From: the human T2T-CHM13v2.0 reference genome, Homo sapiens
Strand: one strand, 5' to 3'
Assembly (NCBI RefSeq): GCF_009914755.1
Contig: NC_060941.1
Length of the DNA stretch: 64,000 bases
Within the stretch, counting starts at the first letter, position 1. Every line of letters begins with the position of its first letter. The notes beneath the pieces are model-generated. The model did no database searches, was not told where the DNA came from, and saw nothing but the letters and a program-made list of their open reading frames with translations. This document shows positions 47,863 to 64,000 of the stretch, one piece after another. A program made the translations under genes and the position numbers.

Positions 47863-48430
47863 CTGAAGGGGACGGGGATGGGGCCCAGATGAGTGGGAGG
47901 GACCCAAGGCCGGGCCACGGTGGCCGCGGGTCTCCGGGCCAGCGCGGCTAACCTGGCTGGGAGCAGGGGGGCGTTCGGTGGTCTAGTGCCCGCCTGGCCA
48001 GAGATGCAGGCGGGAAGGTGAGATGGCCAACACTGGGCTCCTGCCTCGTGCCCTTGCACTCCCTCCTCCGGGAGAAGCAAGCAGCTTGGTTGATAAGCTG
48101 ACCCAGGCCGAGTCCTGTTGCCTGGTCTGTATTCAGGGGAACAACTGGATGTTTGAGCACACAGAAAAAAGCGACCTCCTGTCATCAATATGGCCACCCT
48201 TTTGTTGCAGTGAGCCGAGATTGCACCGCTGCACTCCAGACTGGGCGACAGAGCAAGACTCCGTCTCAAAATAAATAAATAAATTAATTAATTAAAATAA
48301 AATCGCTCTTTTACAGGAATCACCACAGGTAGGGCAGAGCCCTGGATGGGAGGCAGGAGTCCCTGAATCCTAGGTGTCCTGGGCCCCTCACCAATGGGCA
48401 AGCCTGCCTGGTGCTGAGTCAGCCACGTAC

Positions 48431-48498
48431 CTCATCCAGGATCTGAGCACTGAAGCCAATCTGTGCCAGCTGGTAGTGAAGGGCGTCTCCAACCGTGC
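48431..48498 (-). CDS. ITGAE: ITGAE exon 11 (TVGDALHYQLAQIGFSAQILDE)
   Basis: 68 nt, phase 1-0. Confidence 0.96.
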
Positions 48499-49127
48499 CT
48501 GCAAGCCAAGAAGCCCAGTGAGACTGCTGTGGGCCGAGGTGAAGGGAGAAACTGAGTCAGGGGACAGTCCAGCTTGGCCTCACTCCCAGAAGGAACCATG
48601 CTTGGTGTAACAGGAAGAGAACCCGGCTGAGGGTAGAGACCCAGGTTCTCCTTGAGCAACTACTATCTGGGCAGTTCACTCTTTCTAGGCCTCAGTTTCC
48701 TCGTCTGTGAGCTCCTGGGAGAAGGGACTATGCCCCAGCCATCCTTGTTTCTCCAGCACCAGCTCAGTTCATCAGAGCTTCATGGAGATTCTGGGACGCA
48801 AGGAGGCCTGGGGATATTGTTGCCTTTTTTTTTTTTTTTTTTTTTTTTTTGAGACAGTGTCTCACTCTGTTGCTCAGGCTGGAGTGCCATGGCTCAATAT
48901 CAGCTCACTGCAACTTGTGCCTCCCAAGGTCAAGTGACCTGGTGCCTTAGCTTCCCAAGTAGCTGGGAATAGAGGTCATGCGCCACCACGCCTGGCTAAT
49001 TTTTTTTTTTTTTTTTTTGAGATGGAGCCTCGCTCTGTCACCCATCCTGGAGTGCAGTGGCGCGATCTTGGCTCACTGCAACCTCTGCCTCCTGGGTTCG
49101 AGTGATTCTTCTGTCTCGGGCTCCTGA

Positions 49128-49451
<324 letters not shown>

Positions 49452-49582
49452 TAGACATGGAAGAGCTGAGGTTCAGGGAGATGATGGGAGTTGCTCAGAG
49501 AAACCACATGAAGATGGGACAGAGGCCGGGCTGGAGCATAGGCTCGGGCCTCCTGCGGTGGCCTGGGTCCCGGAGCCCTCAC

Positions 49583-49733
49583 CTTCCATGCTGATGATGT
49601 TGTACCGCAGTTTGCTCAGCAGCCCATCCAGCGCCATGTAGTTGGTCACCTTGAAAGCATGGGTCTCATCCGGGTCTGAGGCGATCAGGTTCAGTTCCCT
49701 CGCAGTCCTAGCACTCTTAAATTCTTCTCCCAC
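49583..49733 (-). CDS. ITGAE: ITGAE exon 10 (I-domain C-terminal part, VGEEFK...IISME)
   Basis: 151 nt, AG/GT bounded. Confidence 0.97.
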
Positions 49734-50304
49734 CTGCACAGACAGCCTGGGTCAGCGAGTCAGCGCTGCGTGGATTCCCCAGGCCCAGGGAGAGAGCTGA
49801 GCCCCTCCATCTGGCCTCTGGGGCCCTCCATTACCTGTCTCCTTCCTTCCTTTCTCCTCCTTTCCCTGCTCCCTGTTCTACCCATACTCTGGGCAAAATT
49901 CCAGTTTTACCAAAGTACACCTGTTCTCCTGAATACACCAAGCTCCTCCTCACCTCTGCACATGCTGTTCCCTCTGCCTGCAGGGCCCCTCTCTGCCTCC
50001 CCTGTGCCCTAGGCCAGCTACTCCCATTTGTCTGGCAGGACTCAGCTTGGCACCACGGTCCTCCAGGAACCCTCCTTGGTGTGTTTCCTGTGGCTCTCCC
50101 ACCACTATTTGGCCAGTAAGCTGTGACCACCATGGGGAAATGAGCCCTCTCTGGGATGACAGAGCATGAAGAGAAGAGGAGCATTTGCAAATAGAACAGG
50201 GTCTGGATAAGCTGCTTACAGAAAAGCCCCCATCGACAACCCTGGCTTCTCCCCACCCCAGGCTGTGCAGGTTCAGGAGGTGTCTCCCGGCTCCTGGCTC
50301 TTAC

Positions 50305-50458
50305 CCCAATGGCAAAGCGCTCAACACCCTGCATTTTGGGGGAGTTGATGACTGTCGTAAGGTTGAGGGGGTCCTCGAATATGCCACCATCGGTGAGCAC
50401 CACCATGACCTTGGATGCCTTTCTCCTGGAGCCGTGGCTTGAGGTGAAGATGCTGTCT
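50305..50458 (-). CDS. ITGAE: ITGAE exon 9 (I domain, VLTDG MIDAS Asp)
   Basis: 154 nt; VVLTDG motif. Confidence 0.97.
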
Positions 50459-51231
50459 CTAAGCAGGGGAGAGTAAATGAAGAAGAGAGCTTTGCCAGAA
50501 GGATGACCGAGCTCCAGGAGAGACTTTATTCTCTGACCTGTATTAGAATTGGGAGGGTTCACAATCCTCCCGAAAGACCCAGAGAAGGGGGTGATGCCCC
50601 CTTAAGTCACGCAGCGAGGCTGGGCAGAGGGAGGGCTGCAACACAGGTGTTCTTGCTTCTCACCTGCTCCCAGCAGGAAGGTACTGCCTGGCAGTCCATT
50701 CCTCTTGTGTGCGTACAGGAAGACTCATGATATTAAAACGATAGATAATACTCACATGGCACTTATCATGTGCCAGGCACTGTTGTAAACACTGTATATT
50801 TTAAGCCATCCAACCGTCACAAAATCTATCAGGCAAGTGCTATTATTTTTCTTTCTTTTTTAGAGACGGCGTCTCACTCTGTCACCCAGGCTGGAGTGCA
50901 GTGGTGTGATCATGGCTCACTGCATCCTTGAACTTCTGGGCTCAAGCAATCCTCCTGCCTCAGCTTCCTGAGTAGCTGGAACTATAGGCACAAGCCACTG
51001 CTCCAAGCTGTGAGTACTATTATTATTCTCATTTTATTTATTTATTTTTATTATTATTATTATTGAGATAGATGGAGTCTCGCTCTGTCACCCAGGCTGG
51101 AGTGCAATAGCACCATCTCAGCTCACTGCAACCTCTGCCTCCCGAGTTCAAGCAATTCTCCCTGCCTCAGCCTCCCGAGTAGCTGGGATTACAGGCACCT
51201 GCCACCACACCCAGCTAACTTTGTATTTTGA

Positions 51232-51534
<303 letters not shown>

Positions 51535-51536
51535 TA

Positions 51537-51863
<327 letters not shown>

Positions 51864-52001
51864 TCACGTTCTCTCTCGGCCAGGGAAAGGCTGGAGCCCT
51901 AATTCTCTTCTCCTGCGGTTCTGGCCAGCCACTTCCTCCATGAGTGATGCCACAGAGACTCTGGGCATGGCCAGAATAATTCCTGCAGCCCCCACACTCA
52001 C

Positions 52002-52153
52002 AAGACGTGTTGCATGGCTGAGGCAGTCTTGGTGACACTCCCCACTTGAGTGATGTTCTGGACTCTGGCGAGGGAGGCCATCACATCCTGGCTGTCCCGA
52101 AGGTCAAACTCAGTCTGGATCACTCCTCCATACTGCACCAAGGCAAAGTTGCA
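52002..52153 (-). CDS. ITGAE: ITGAE exon 8 (I domain, MIDAS Thr in VTKT)
   Basis: 152 nt; FALVQY motif. Confidence 0.97.
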
Positions 52154-52369
52154 CTGCAGGGGATGGGCAGGAGGGCAGGAGGTTGGAAGAATTGCCACCT
52201 CTGCCCCTGAAATGTCTCCCGCTGGAAGCAGCAGAAAAATCCACTCCTTCTACCTTATCCCTGGGCAGAAAGAGATGCTAAGGCAGAGCAAAATCTCTAA
52301 GCGAGTAGGGGTGGAGAAGGGTGCGATAGTAAAGGCCCCCAGTGAATCACAGACTTCTCCCCAGCTCCC

Positions 52370-52750
52370 TGTGTAGTGCCCTCCATACTGACGATGGGAT
52401 TGGTCATGTGACTGGCTTTGGCCAATAAGACATCAGCAAATGTGATGTAATTAGAGACTTGAAAAATACTTGCATGCATTGGATCTGGCCCTCTTAGAAT
52501 GTTGCTGCCACGAAAAAGTTGGGCTGGCCTGCTAAAGACACATGGTCCAGACAAGTAAGTGAGGTCATCTTAGGCCATCCAGCCCCAGTCAAGCAACCAG
52601 ACGCCTGCAGCTCCAGGGTAACTCCAGGCAAGATGGACAGAAGAATCATCCAGCTGAGCCCAGCCCAAGTATGTGACCCATAGAATTGTGAGCAAATGTG
52701 GTGATTGTTGTTCTGAGGTAGGGTGATTCTCAGCAATAGATAAGTGTTAA
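52370..52750 (+). mobile_element. MLT1-family LTR relic in intron 7
   Basis: ggtcatgtgact.gctttggccaat...ccagctgagcccagccc...agcaatagataa. Confidence 0.7.
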
Positions 52751-52771
52751 CCAGCTCTTAGGGAAGCCCAC

Positions 52772-52887
52772 CTCAAAACACTTTTCATAGAAGTTCCTCA
52801 TCATGTTGGAGATGAAGTCTTTGGCTCTCTGAAAGTCTGGGGGATCAATGCTTCCTGAGCCATCCAGGATGATGGCAATCTCGGTGC
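52772..52887 (-). CDS. ITGAE: ITGAE exon 7 (start of I domain, DGSGS MIDAS)
   Basis: 116 nt; DxSxS motif. Confidence 0.97.
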
Positions 52888-52928
52888 CTGGCCAAGACAA
52901 ACAGGTCAGGAGTGGGCATGGGATGTGA

Positions 52929-53204
<276 letters not shown>

Positions 53205-53614
53205 TAATTTTTGAATTTTCTAGTAGAGTTGGGGTTTCACCATGTTGGCCAGGCTGGTCTTGAACTCCTGACCTCAAGTGATCCACCCACTTCAGCCTCC
53301 CAAAATGCTGGGATTACAGGCATGAGCCACCTCACCTGGCCCCAAGAGAGAAGCTTTTGTCTCCCCCTTCAAAAAGAGAGCTAGAACCTGGTCAGGCTTT
53401 GTGTGCTGTGTGAGCCATTCCCATCACTACCACTCTCTGAGCCTCAGTTTCCCCACTTATAAGAAAGAGTGGGTGGAGCTGGTACAGGTCAGGTCTGTAA
53501 AGTCCAGCCACTGCTCCCCATCTCTCAGACTGAGGCACCCCTCACCCTTGGAGGCCACCAGCCTAGGAATTGGCTCTGATAGACTCAGAGCAACCCAGAT
53601 CTGCCTCTTCTCAC

Positions 53615-53779
53615 CAGCTTCCTCCTCCTCCTCGTCTTCCTCCTCCTCCTTGTCTTCCTCCTCCTCCTTCTCCAGAGCCCGGCGCTGCCTGGCTGTGTTC
53701 ACATCGTCTTCTCCACCGCCTTCTTTGTTGCTGTAGCAGTCTCCAGTGTCCACACGTGCATCTGGATCCAGGAGATTTT
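53615..53779 (-). CDS. ITGAE: ITGAE exon 6 (alphaE-specific acidic X domain with RQRR cleavage site)
   Basis: 165 nt, phase 1-1; RQRR followed by a Glu/Asp run. Confidence 0.96.
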
Positions 53780-54007
53780 CTTTAAATTAAACACACATGG
53801 AAGAGCTCAGAGTCAGAAAGGCTCCATCCTCGCCTGAGCACGCTCACACATGGTTCTGCCCTGATTCCTTTCACGTGATGCCTCAACCCTGCCTTGCTCC
53901 ACTGTGGGCCTGCGTCCCACTGCATCTGCCGTGAGCTGGTGCCTTTTCTTGGAGACCAAGGAGATCTCTTTAGAGCTATCCAAGGCCAGTGAATGTCCAA
54001 TCCTTAC

Positions 54008-54125
54008 CAAGGTCGAAGAAGTTGGCCTGAGCCTGGGGACGGAGGTCAGGGCCCAGGAGGCTACAGGTGCCTGTGAGTTCTGAGCTGAGGCTGTGAGGCC
54101 GCCGGACCAGCACTTGAATGCATAT
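54008..54125 (-). CDS. ITGAE: ITGAE exon 5 (ICIQVLVR...NFFDL)
   Basis: 118 nt, phase 0-1. Confidence 0.96.
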
Positions 54126-54519
54126 CTGTGGGAGGGAAGAGAGGGTGGGGAAACACCAGGTCACCTCCCGATTCCCGAGCCACAGCCACATTCTCACCCC
54201 CATTCCAGAACTCAGTGGCTCAACCAGGCAGGGGGCACAGGAAGAGCTGGCCCACCCCTCACCGGGTGTAGGAGTCAGTGTTGGCGTCAAGGCCGAGGCC
54301 GACACCTGCAGGAGTGTGCTGGGTCACAGGGAATACCTAGGTCAGCCCTGGTATCAGGGTGGTCAGAGCTACAGTCAGCCCTGGGGTTGGCACCAGGGAG
54401 ACGCTAGACTCAGCCTCGGGAACAGCGTGGCAGTCAGAACTGGTCTCAACACCAGGGTCAACCACGAGGGGTAGCACCAGCCTCCCTAAGGCCCTCCCTC
54501 CTCTCGCTCCTGCACTCAC

Positions 54520-54587
54520 CAAAACACCGTGGTGGCTCCGGACAACGGTCACTCCCCGGTGCCTCCCCTTGGGGATGGGGACATGCT
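54520..54587 (-). CDS. ITGAE: ITGAE exon 4 (HVPIPKGR...HHGVL)
   Basis: 68 nt, phase 1-0. Confidence 0.95.
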
Positions 54588-55417
54588 CTGAAAAAGTTAA
54601 GCCCAGGTGAGGAGGAGGAGGGGACTCTGGGAGGCAGAGACCCGAAGCCAAGGTCAGAGGGCACAGAGCCACCTTGGTCAGGCCCCCATGAGGAACTGTT
54701 GGCCACTCAGAGAAGCCTCTAGAAAGCTAGAGCGGGGGCCTTCAAGGTCAGGACTGGACACGTTCAGGGCCGAGTGCCCATCCCCGGGGCTCATTTGCTG
54801 ACCCTTTCAACACGTGCCCATTGACGTCTGCTCTGTGCCCAGCCTTGTGAGCGTGGTGATGGGCGTCCAGCAACAGCGGATGCCTGCTGCTTTTCCTCAG
54901 TGGGTTTGGTTGGGCAGGTGGGTGGAGAAGCACTGCCTGGTGGGTATGTAAGTGCCAAGGAATGTGCAAGATACCGTGGGACTGGCTGTGTGGACCAAGG
55001 AACCCGCCAGCCTCACAGACCCATCCTGGGGAATCTTACTGCCCCCAGCCTCAGGGGCAGAAATGGTAGCTCCTTCCTCGTCCTCCCCACTGTCAGCCTC
55101 AGGATACTGTCTTATTTTTCAGTCATGGAATCACTCAGTCAACCCTGCTGGACTGAGATTGAGTCTGTTCAACTCAGTGCCTCTCAGACAAGGATTTTTT
55201 TTTTTTTTTTTTTTTTTTTTGAGACAGAGTCTTGCTCTGTCGCCCAGGCTGGAGTGCAGTGGCGCAATCTCGGCTCACTGCAAGCTCCGCCTCCCAGGTT
55301 CACGCCATTCTCCTGCCTCAGCCTCCTGAGTAGCTGGGACTACGTGTGCCCGTCACCACACCTGGCTAATTTCTTTTTGTATTTTTAGTAGAGACGGGAT
55401 TTCACCGTGTTAGCTAG

Positions 55418-55834
<417 letters not shown>

Positions 55835-55911
55835 TAGCCAAGAGGTTGTCAGTAAATCTGTGACCTGAGTTTGACTGGGTAGGATGGATAGAGTTTAATG
55901 AGTGAATCAGG

Positions 55912-55951
55912 TTCATTCATTCATTCATTCATTCATTCATTCATTCATTCA
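55912..55951. repeat. (TTCA)n microsatellite
   Basis: Direct reading; abuts an L2-like end. Confidence 0.9.
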
Positions 55952-56481
55952 AATGGCATTTATTGAGTACCTAATATATGTCAGGCCCCATGCTAGTTAC
56001 TAGGGTGGCCACAGTTAGACTGAATATGTAGGGGGTGAATTGCACTGAGGTGTGATGACTTGCATCAGGAAGGGCTAGAGTTTCGAATCAGCCACCAACA
56101 CTAAAAGTGTGAACTTTGTCATACTGGCAACCAAAAGACCTACATTCTCTGAACTGTAGCTTCCTCTCTTATAAATGGCGCGGTTTTGAGGATGAAAACA
56201 GAATGACTCAGAGGACTGCCGGGCACAGGGTGGGCACGCAATACGCTGTAGGTATCATTTCTGTTGCTAGGACTGTGTCAGGAAAGGTGGCTGGGGATTA
56301 GGATTGGGTTGGGGTGGGACTGGGCATTGGGATGGAATCTTGCTGTGGGTTATGCTGGAGTCTAGGGGTGAACGGGCTGGATGAGGCAGGGCTGGGGTTG
56401 GAATGGTTTGAGTTTAGATGAGGGGGATTTTGCTAGAAAGGGGGTCCTGGGGAGCATTCCCTGGAGTTGGGGCTGACTTAC

Positions 56482-56573
56482 CTACAGGATGGCAAAGGAT
56501 TTCATCCTGGACAAGGGAACATCGATGGAGGGGCCCTGGTGTCCTCTTGGTTCTGGGGCTGGTGACCAGGAGC
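56482..56573 (-). CDS. ITGAE: ITGAE exon 3 (LLVTSPRT...LCHPV); exons 1-2 lie outside the window
   Basis: 92 nt, phase 2-1; matches the recalled alphaE N-terminal propeller sequence. Confidence 0.95.
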
Positions 56574-57011
56574 CTGAGTGGGAGGGGAGGTTGCAAAGCT
56601 GAGCTGGCTGATGTTCCTCGTCTTCTCCCTGCCTGCCCAGCACCCTTCCCATTCCAGTTGCCTGCACTCACAAGCTCCCTGTCTGGCCGGCAGATTCCTA
56701 GCCCAGACTCTGGATTATGGGGAAGACATTTGCCCAACCTCTGCTTCTACACAGCACCAGGCAGGAAATGGTTAAATGCAACCCCTCTCTGCCTGCTGCC
56801 CACCCTGACAAAGAAGGGGTGATACTGATGGTTAATAAAAACTCTGCTCTCTTATGGGGACAGGGATGGGGAGGCCAGAAAACCACCAGCGTTGGGGTTG
56901 GTTCTGTTGGGGGCAGTGCTGGCTTCCTCGTGGGCCACCCAGGGGGCCTGCCCTGCCTGGCCTTAGTTCCTGAGAAGAGTACGCTGGTGCCCCTATCCTG
57001 TGGGTCAGTCA

Positions 57012-57377
<366 letters not shown>

Positions 57378-57774
57378 TCAAGAGCTGCGCCTCCTGACTG
57401 CAAACTTCTTGCCCCCACCCAGGCCCAGTCCAGGGAGACGGCAGATTCCAGGGACAGCCTCAACATTCTCACCATCCACGTTACCCAGGAGAACTGGGCT
57501 GTCCTGAGACAGACAGTGAGCTCCGGGGGTTGTCATAGGGGATGGTGGGGAGGGGACGAGGGGCTTGGTGGTTAACAGTGAACCAAGTCCAAGGTCTTTC
57601 TGCAGAGGGCAGTAGAAGTCATGGAGGACTTTATAAAGGGGAAGCACATGATTAGCTGTGCTTTCAAAAGCTCATGATGAGGCCGGGCGCGGTGGCTCAC
57701 GCCTGTAATCCCAGCACTTTGGGAGGCCGAGGCAGGCAGATCACGAGGTCAGGAGATCGAGACCATCCTGGCTA

Positions 57775-58017
<243 letters not shown>

Positions 58018-58534
58018 CTAAAGAGCACAGGAAGGTGGGGCAGAAATGAGATACCGTCTCCACTTCCTCAACTCCTATCACTCTACATTTTAATACATTA
58101 TGAAATATATTCACGTATCGGCATGGCTTACAGAATAATAAGAAAGTCTGCACCTGTGCGTCCATCCGCCCACCCACAACTGAACCCACCCCAAGCTGAC
58201 TTCCCACCCTCTGAGTCAGTTCCTGTGAAGGTCACCAGGGGCCCCCACAATGCCACATCCAACGGACCGCTCTCTGTCCTCATCTTCCTCAACCTCTCAG
58301 AAGCCCCAAACATGAGTAACCATCTCCTTCGAACACTTTTTTCTAGATTTCTGCCTACTCTCTCCTCATTCCTCAAGGCTTCGCTGGTGCCTTCGCGGTC
58401 TGACCTCTATCTGCCACCAGGATCTGGGGGCTGGGTCACTGTCTTCCTTGCCGGCACACTCTCCCTAGTGATCCCTTCCAAGCCCATGGCTTCAATACAC
58501 CTATAACGGCTGAAATTCCCACCTCTCCATCTGC

Positions 58535-59525
<991 letters not shown>

Positions 59526-59602
59526 AGAACCTGTGGTCTTTCCTGTCAAGCCTGCTTCTTCTCATCTTCCCCGCCACAGCAAATGGCACCAGCAACCACT
59601 AA

Positions 59603-60141
<539 letters not shown>

Positions 60142-62232
60142 TGACTCTCCAAATTATTTCTAGAAAGCAACTCTTCTCCAGATGCTCCTTCCATCATCGT
60201 CCGGCCTTGTTGATGGTAATAGCCTCCTGTTATTTTGTGGGGTTTGTTTGTTTTTTAGGTAGTGTCTTGCTCTGTTGTCCAGGCTGGAGTGCAGTAGTGT
60301 GATCACAGCTCACTGCAGCCTTGACCTCCCGGGCTCAGCAATCCTCCTACCTCAGCCTCACAAGTTGCTGGGCCTACAGGAGCGAGTTACCTTGCCCAGC
60401 TAATTTTGTTAATTTGTCTATAGAGATGAAGTCTCACTGTGTTGCCCAAGCTGATCCTGGGCTCAAGCACTCCCACCTTGGTCTTCCAAAGTGTCAGAGA
60501 AAGATGCAAAGCTTACTATGCTGCAGGCTTGAGGAGGAGGAGGCCGTGAGCCAAGGAATGCAGGCAGCTTCTAGAAGCCAAATAAGGCAAGAAAACAGAT
60601 TCTCCCCCAGAGCTTCTAGAAGGGACCCAGCCCTGCTGACACCTTTTCAGACTTCTGGCCTCCAAAACTACAAGAAAACTTCTATATTAATAGAAGTGAG
60701 CCACTGTGCCTGGCCCACTTATTTGGTTTTTAATTTACTCATGTAATTTTTTTTTTAAGACAGAGTCTCCTTCTGTCACCTAAGTTGAAGTACAGTGGCA
60801 TGATCACGGTTCACTGCAGCCTTGACCTCCCAGGCTCAAGCGATCCTCCCACCTCAGTCTCCCAAGTAACTGGGACCACAGATGCGTGCCATCACACCTG
60901 GCAAATTTTCTTATGTTTTGTAGAGATGGGGTTTTGCCATGTTGCCCAGGCTAGTCTCGAACTCCTGGGCTCAGGTAATCTTCCTGCCTTGGCCTCCCAA
61001 ACTGCTGGGAGTGAGCCTAGTGAGTTACAGTGAGTTTCAGGCATGAGCCACAGCACCTGGCCCACTCATGTAGTTTACACCAATGTCCCTTCTGTCAGTG
61101 GCAGCCCCAGTTCCTGGGTGACCAGCGCCAGCATTTCCTGCCTCAGGCCCTCCACGGCGCTGTTCCCTCCACGGCACTGTTCCCTCCACCGCGCTGTTTC
61201 CTATTCCCAGAGCCCTCACCTTCCACTCTCCCCAAGGTTGGCTTATTCTCCTTCCCCAGCCTCGCCTGTCACCTCCTCATAAATGCTTTCTCTACCCAGC
61301 CGTGCCTCACAACCCAGTTACTCTGCTTCACATCACCCTGTTTGATTTCCTTCTCAGAACCTGCCATCATCTGATAGTGCCTATTATCTGTCTCCCCACG
61401 AGACAGTAGGCTCCCGAAGGATCTTGTCTATCTTCTTCACTGTGTTATTCCCAGGGTCTGGAGCAATGCCTGGCACAGAACAAGGGCTCAGTAAGTGTTG
61501 AGTGACTATTGAACAACAGCCCAGGCAACAGCTGAGGGGGCTCATCTGGGGCAGGGCTGAGGGGCGGAGGGCTGGGTGCAGCAGAGAGCTGCTCCTCTGT
61601 TCCGGCTCTGCAGCTGAGCCCCCAAATTAGGTTGCTTCCTTAGCAACCCTGCCTCTCTCCCCAGCCCCGACCTCAGCCCTAGACCCAGCATCTCCTTCCC
61701 TGCTCCCCCAGGAAGGGTGGGGTCAAAACTGGGCTCCACCGCAGACCCCGTTTTGGTGGGGTAGGTGCAGGCCTGGACCCGCCTCCAGTCTCTCTCCTCC
61801 TCAGTCCTCTGCCCGGACTGTTTCCTCTGCCTGAGATCCCTCCTGCTGCAGAGCAATCATCCCAAACCCCAGCTCCTCAGGAAGCCTTCCCAAAGGAAGT
61901 GCAGCCTGATCCCCTCCAGGCCCTGCAGCAGCCCTGACTATAGCACCCCACCCCCACCCTTTCTTCCCACCTGGACTGCGCGTTCCCAGGAGGCCATCAT
62001 GAACAGCTGTGCAGGGTGCGCACTGCAGATCCCAAGACTGCCATTCATGCCGCCATCATGCAATGACATGGCCTGGGGCCCTCTGAGCTGCCTCTGCTTC
62101 CCACACCTTTTATCCCCCACTGCCGGGAGTTTGCAGGTTTGTTGACCACGTGGCTGACAAACCATTGACCCACCAGCTCTGACAGAGGACTGGCCATCAG
62201 CTCGCAGCCACAGGGGCCCTGTTACACCCTGA

Positions 62233-62427
<195 letters not shown>

Positions 62428-62659
62428 TGAGTAGCTGGGATTACAGGCATGTGCCACCACCACACCCGGTTAATTTTTGTATTTTTATTAGAGATGGGGT
62501 TTCACCATGTTGGCCAGGCTGCTCTTGAACTCCTGAGCTCAGGTGATCTGCCTGCCTTGGCCTTCCAAAGTGCTGAGACTACAGGCACGAGCCACCATGC
62601 CTGACCTTATTTAGTATTTTGTATTTAAATGTTTAACAATCTTTTTAACTGGTCACTGA

Positions 62660-62857
<198 letters not shown>

Positions 62858-63569
62858 TGAGTAGCTGGAATTACAGGCACCTGCCACCATGCCCAGCTAA
62901 ATTTTTTTTTTTTTGGTATCTTTAGTAGAGATGGGTTTTCACCATGTTGGCCAGGCTGGTCTCGAACTCCTGACCTCAAGTGATCTGCCGGCCTCAGCCT
63001 CCCAAAGTGCTGGGATTACGGGTGTGAGCCCCCATGCCCAGCCCTCAGGGTCTATTTCCATGTCTGCTGTCTGTCCCACCCATACCTTCTGTGGCAACCA
63101 AAACCCATGATGCTGCCAGCCCTGGTCTCTTACATTTTAAGAGAGACAATGTGAGTGAGAGGCACACGTCATTCTCAAGCAGGAGCACAGCCCCTGCCTT
63201 TTTCTAGGCCCGAGTTGGCCAGCCAGCGCACTTCCTGCCCCATGCAGCAGGCCCGTGGTCTCAGGCCCCACTCTCTGCAGCAGGAACCCAGAAGTGCCTC
63301 CCACCACATCCTCCTCCCCAGCGTGTTCAAGCCTGGGAGCCCCTCTCTGCTTCAGCAGGTGTTCAGGGAGCCCCGCTGGGCCCTCCCCCAGCCCCTGGTG
63401 GACTCAGAGCCCTCTGCGACACGGGCTCCAAACTCTCTCCTGCACCCTGGCCTTTAGGCTTCTGAGAGAGGGACTGTGAATGTCGGTGGGACCTGGAGCT
63501 GAGGCGTGGGGTCGCTGGGTATTGGTGGGAGGGAACTAGGCAGGAGACAGTTACAGAAAACGCTGACTG

Positions 63570-64000
63570 AAACCTGCTCACACCCTACAAACAGTATGGA
63601 AAACTGAATGCAGAACCAATTGCATAACTTCTGACCCAGCAATCCCACTCCTGAGCACATATGCCCTCCCCAAAAATGAGTACATTCTTTGGGATCAACT
63701 CTGAGGGATTAAAAAAAAAAAAGAACATTCATCCATCAAAAGGAGGTGCACATCAGTGCTATTCATCACAGCCCAAGAAAACAGCCCAAATGCCAATCAT
63801 CAGTACTGTCGACACAATGTAACCCTGGCAACCAGAAGAAGTACCGCCTGGGGCAACACGATGGATGAAATTCACAGGCCTTATGTGGAGAGAGAGGAGC
63901 CCGACGTAGCGGGGCACACACCGTATGCCTCGTTGATACTAAATGCAAAACCAGGCGAGGCTAATCCACGGAGATGAAAGTCAGCTGGGGGTTACTCTTG
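63570..64000 (+). mobile_element. L1ME-type 3' relic
   Basis: tgacccagcaatcccactcctg..., atggatgaa..tcaca, aaaaccaggc...ctaatc. Confidence 0.7.

Noticed and set aside
53780-54007. Intron 5 length (228 nt) is a multiple of 3
   Set aside because: An in-frame stop occurs after about 10 codons, so retention would not preserve the frame.
57473-57503. Acceptor and donor-like motifs around LLGNVDGE, resembling the FNVD of ITGAE exon 2
   Set aside because: Candidate exons of 19 or 31 nt break the frame and the similarity is only three residues; the true exon 2 is outside the window.

Overview
Human (primate) genomic DNA, recognisable as the ITGAE/HASPIN locus (17p13). The minus strand carries coding exons 3-31 of ITGAE (integrin alpha-E, CD103). 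I placed all 29 exons at GT-AG boundaries and their phases chain into one frame (3385 nt, ending in GFFKR...EEEN*). Exons 1-2 lie beyond the right edge. The intronless HASPIN (GSG2) kinase gene is nested on the plus strand in ITGAE intron 26, behind a CpG-island bidirectional promoter that abuts ITGAE exon 27. The remainder is very Alu-rich (roughly 70-80 copies or fragments) with L1, L2, MER3, MER20 and MLT1 relics, so nearly all short ORFs in the track are Alu artefacts. The gene content is known biology and I found no new protein-coding system. The best leads are regulatory or structural: (1) a duplicated ~130-bp element on both sides of the transmembrane exon, each copy with a DR5 retinoic-acid-response-type motif and a cryptic splice donor; (2) a tandem array in intron 12 built from copies of the exon-12 donor, plus an older copy of the exon end; (3) candidate ORFs of the short antisense-promoter ITGAE transcript; (4) a stop-free 78-nt intron; (5) several clear footprints of recombination or templated insertion.
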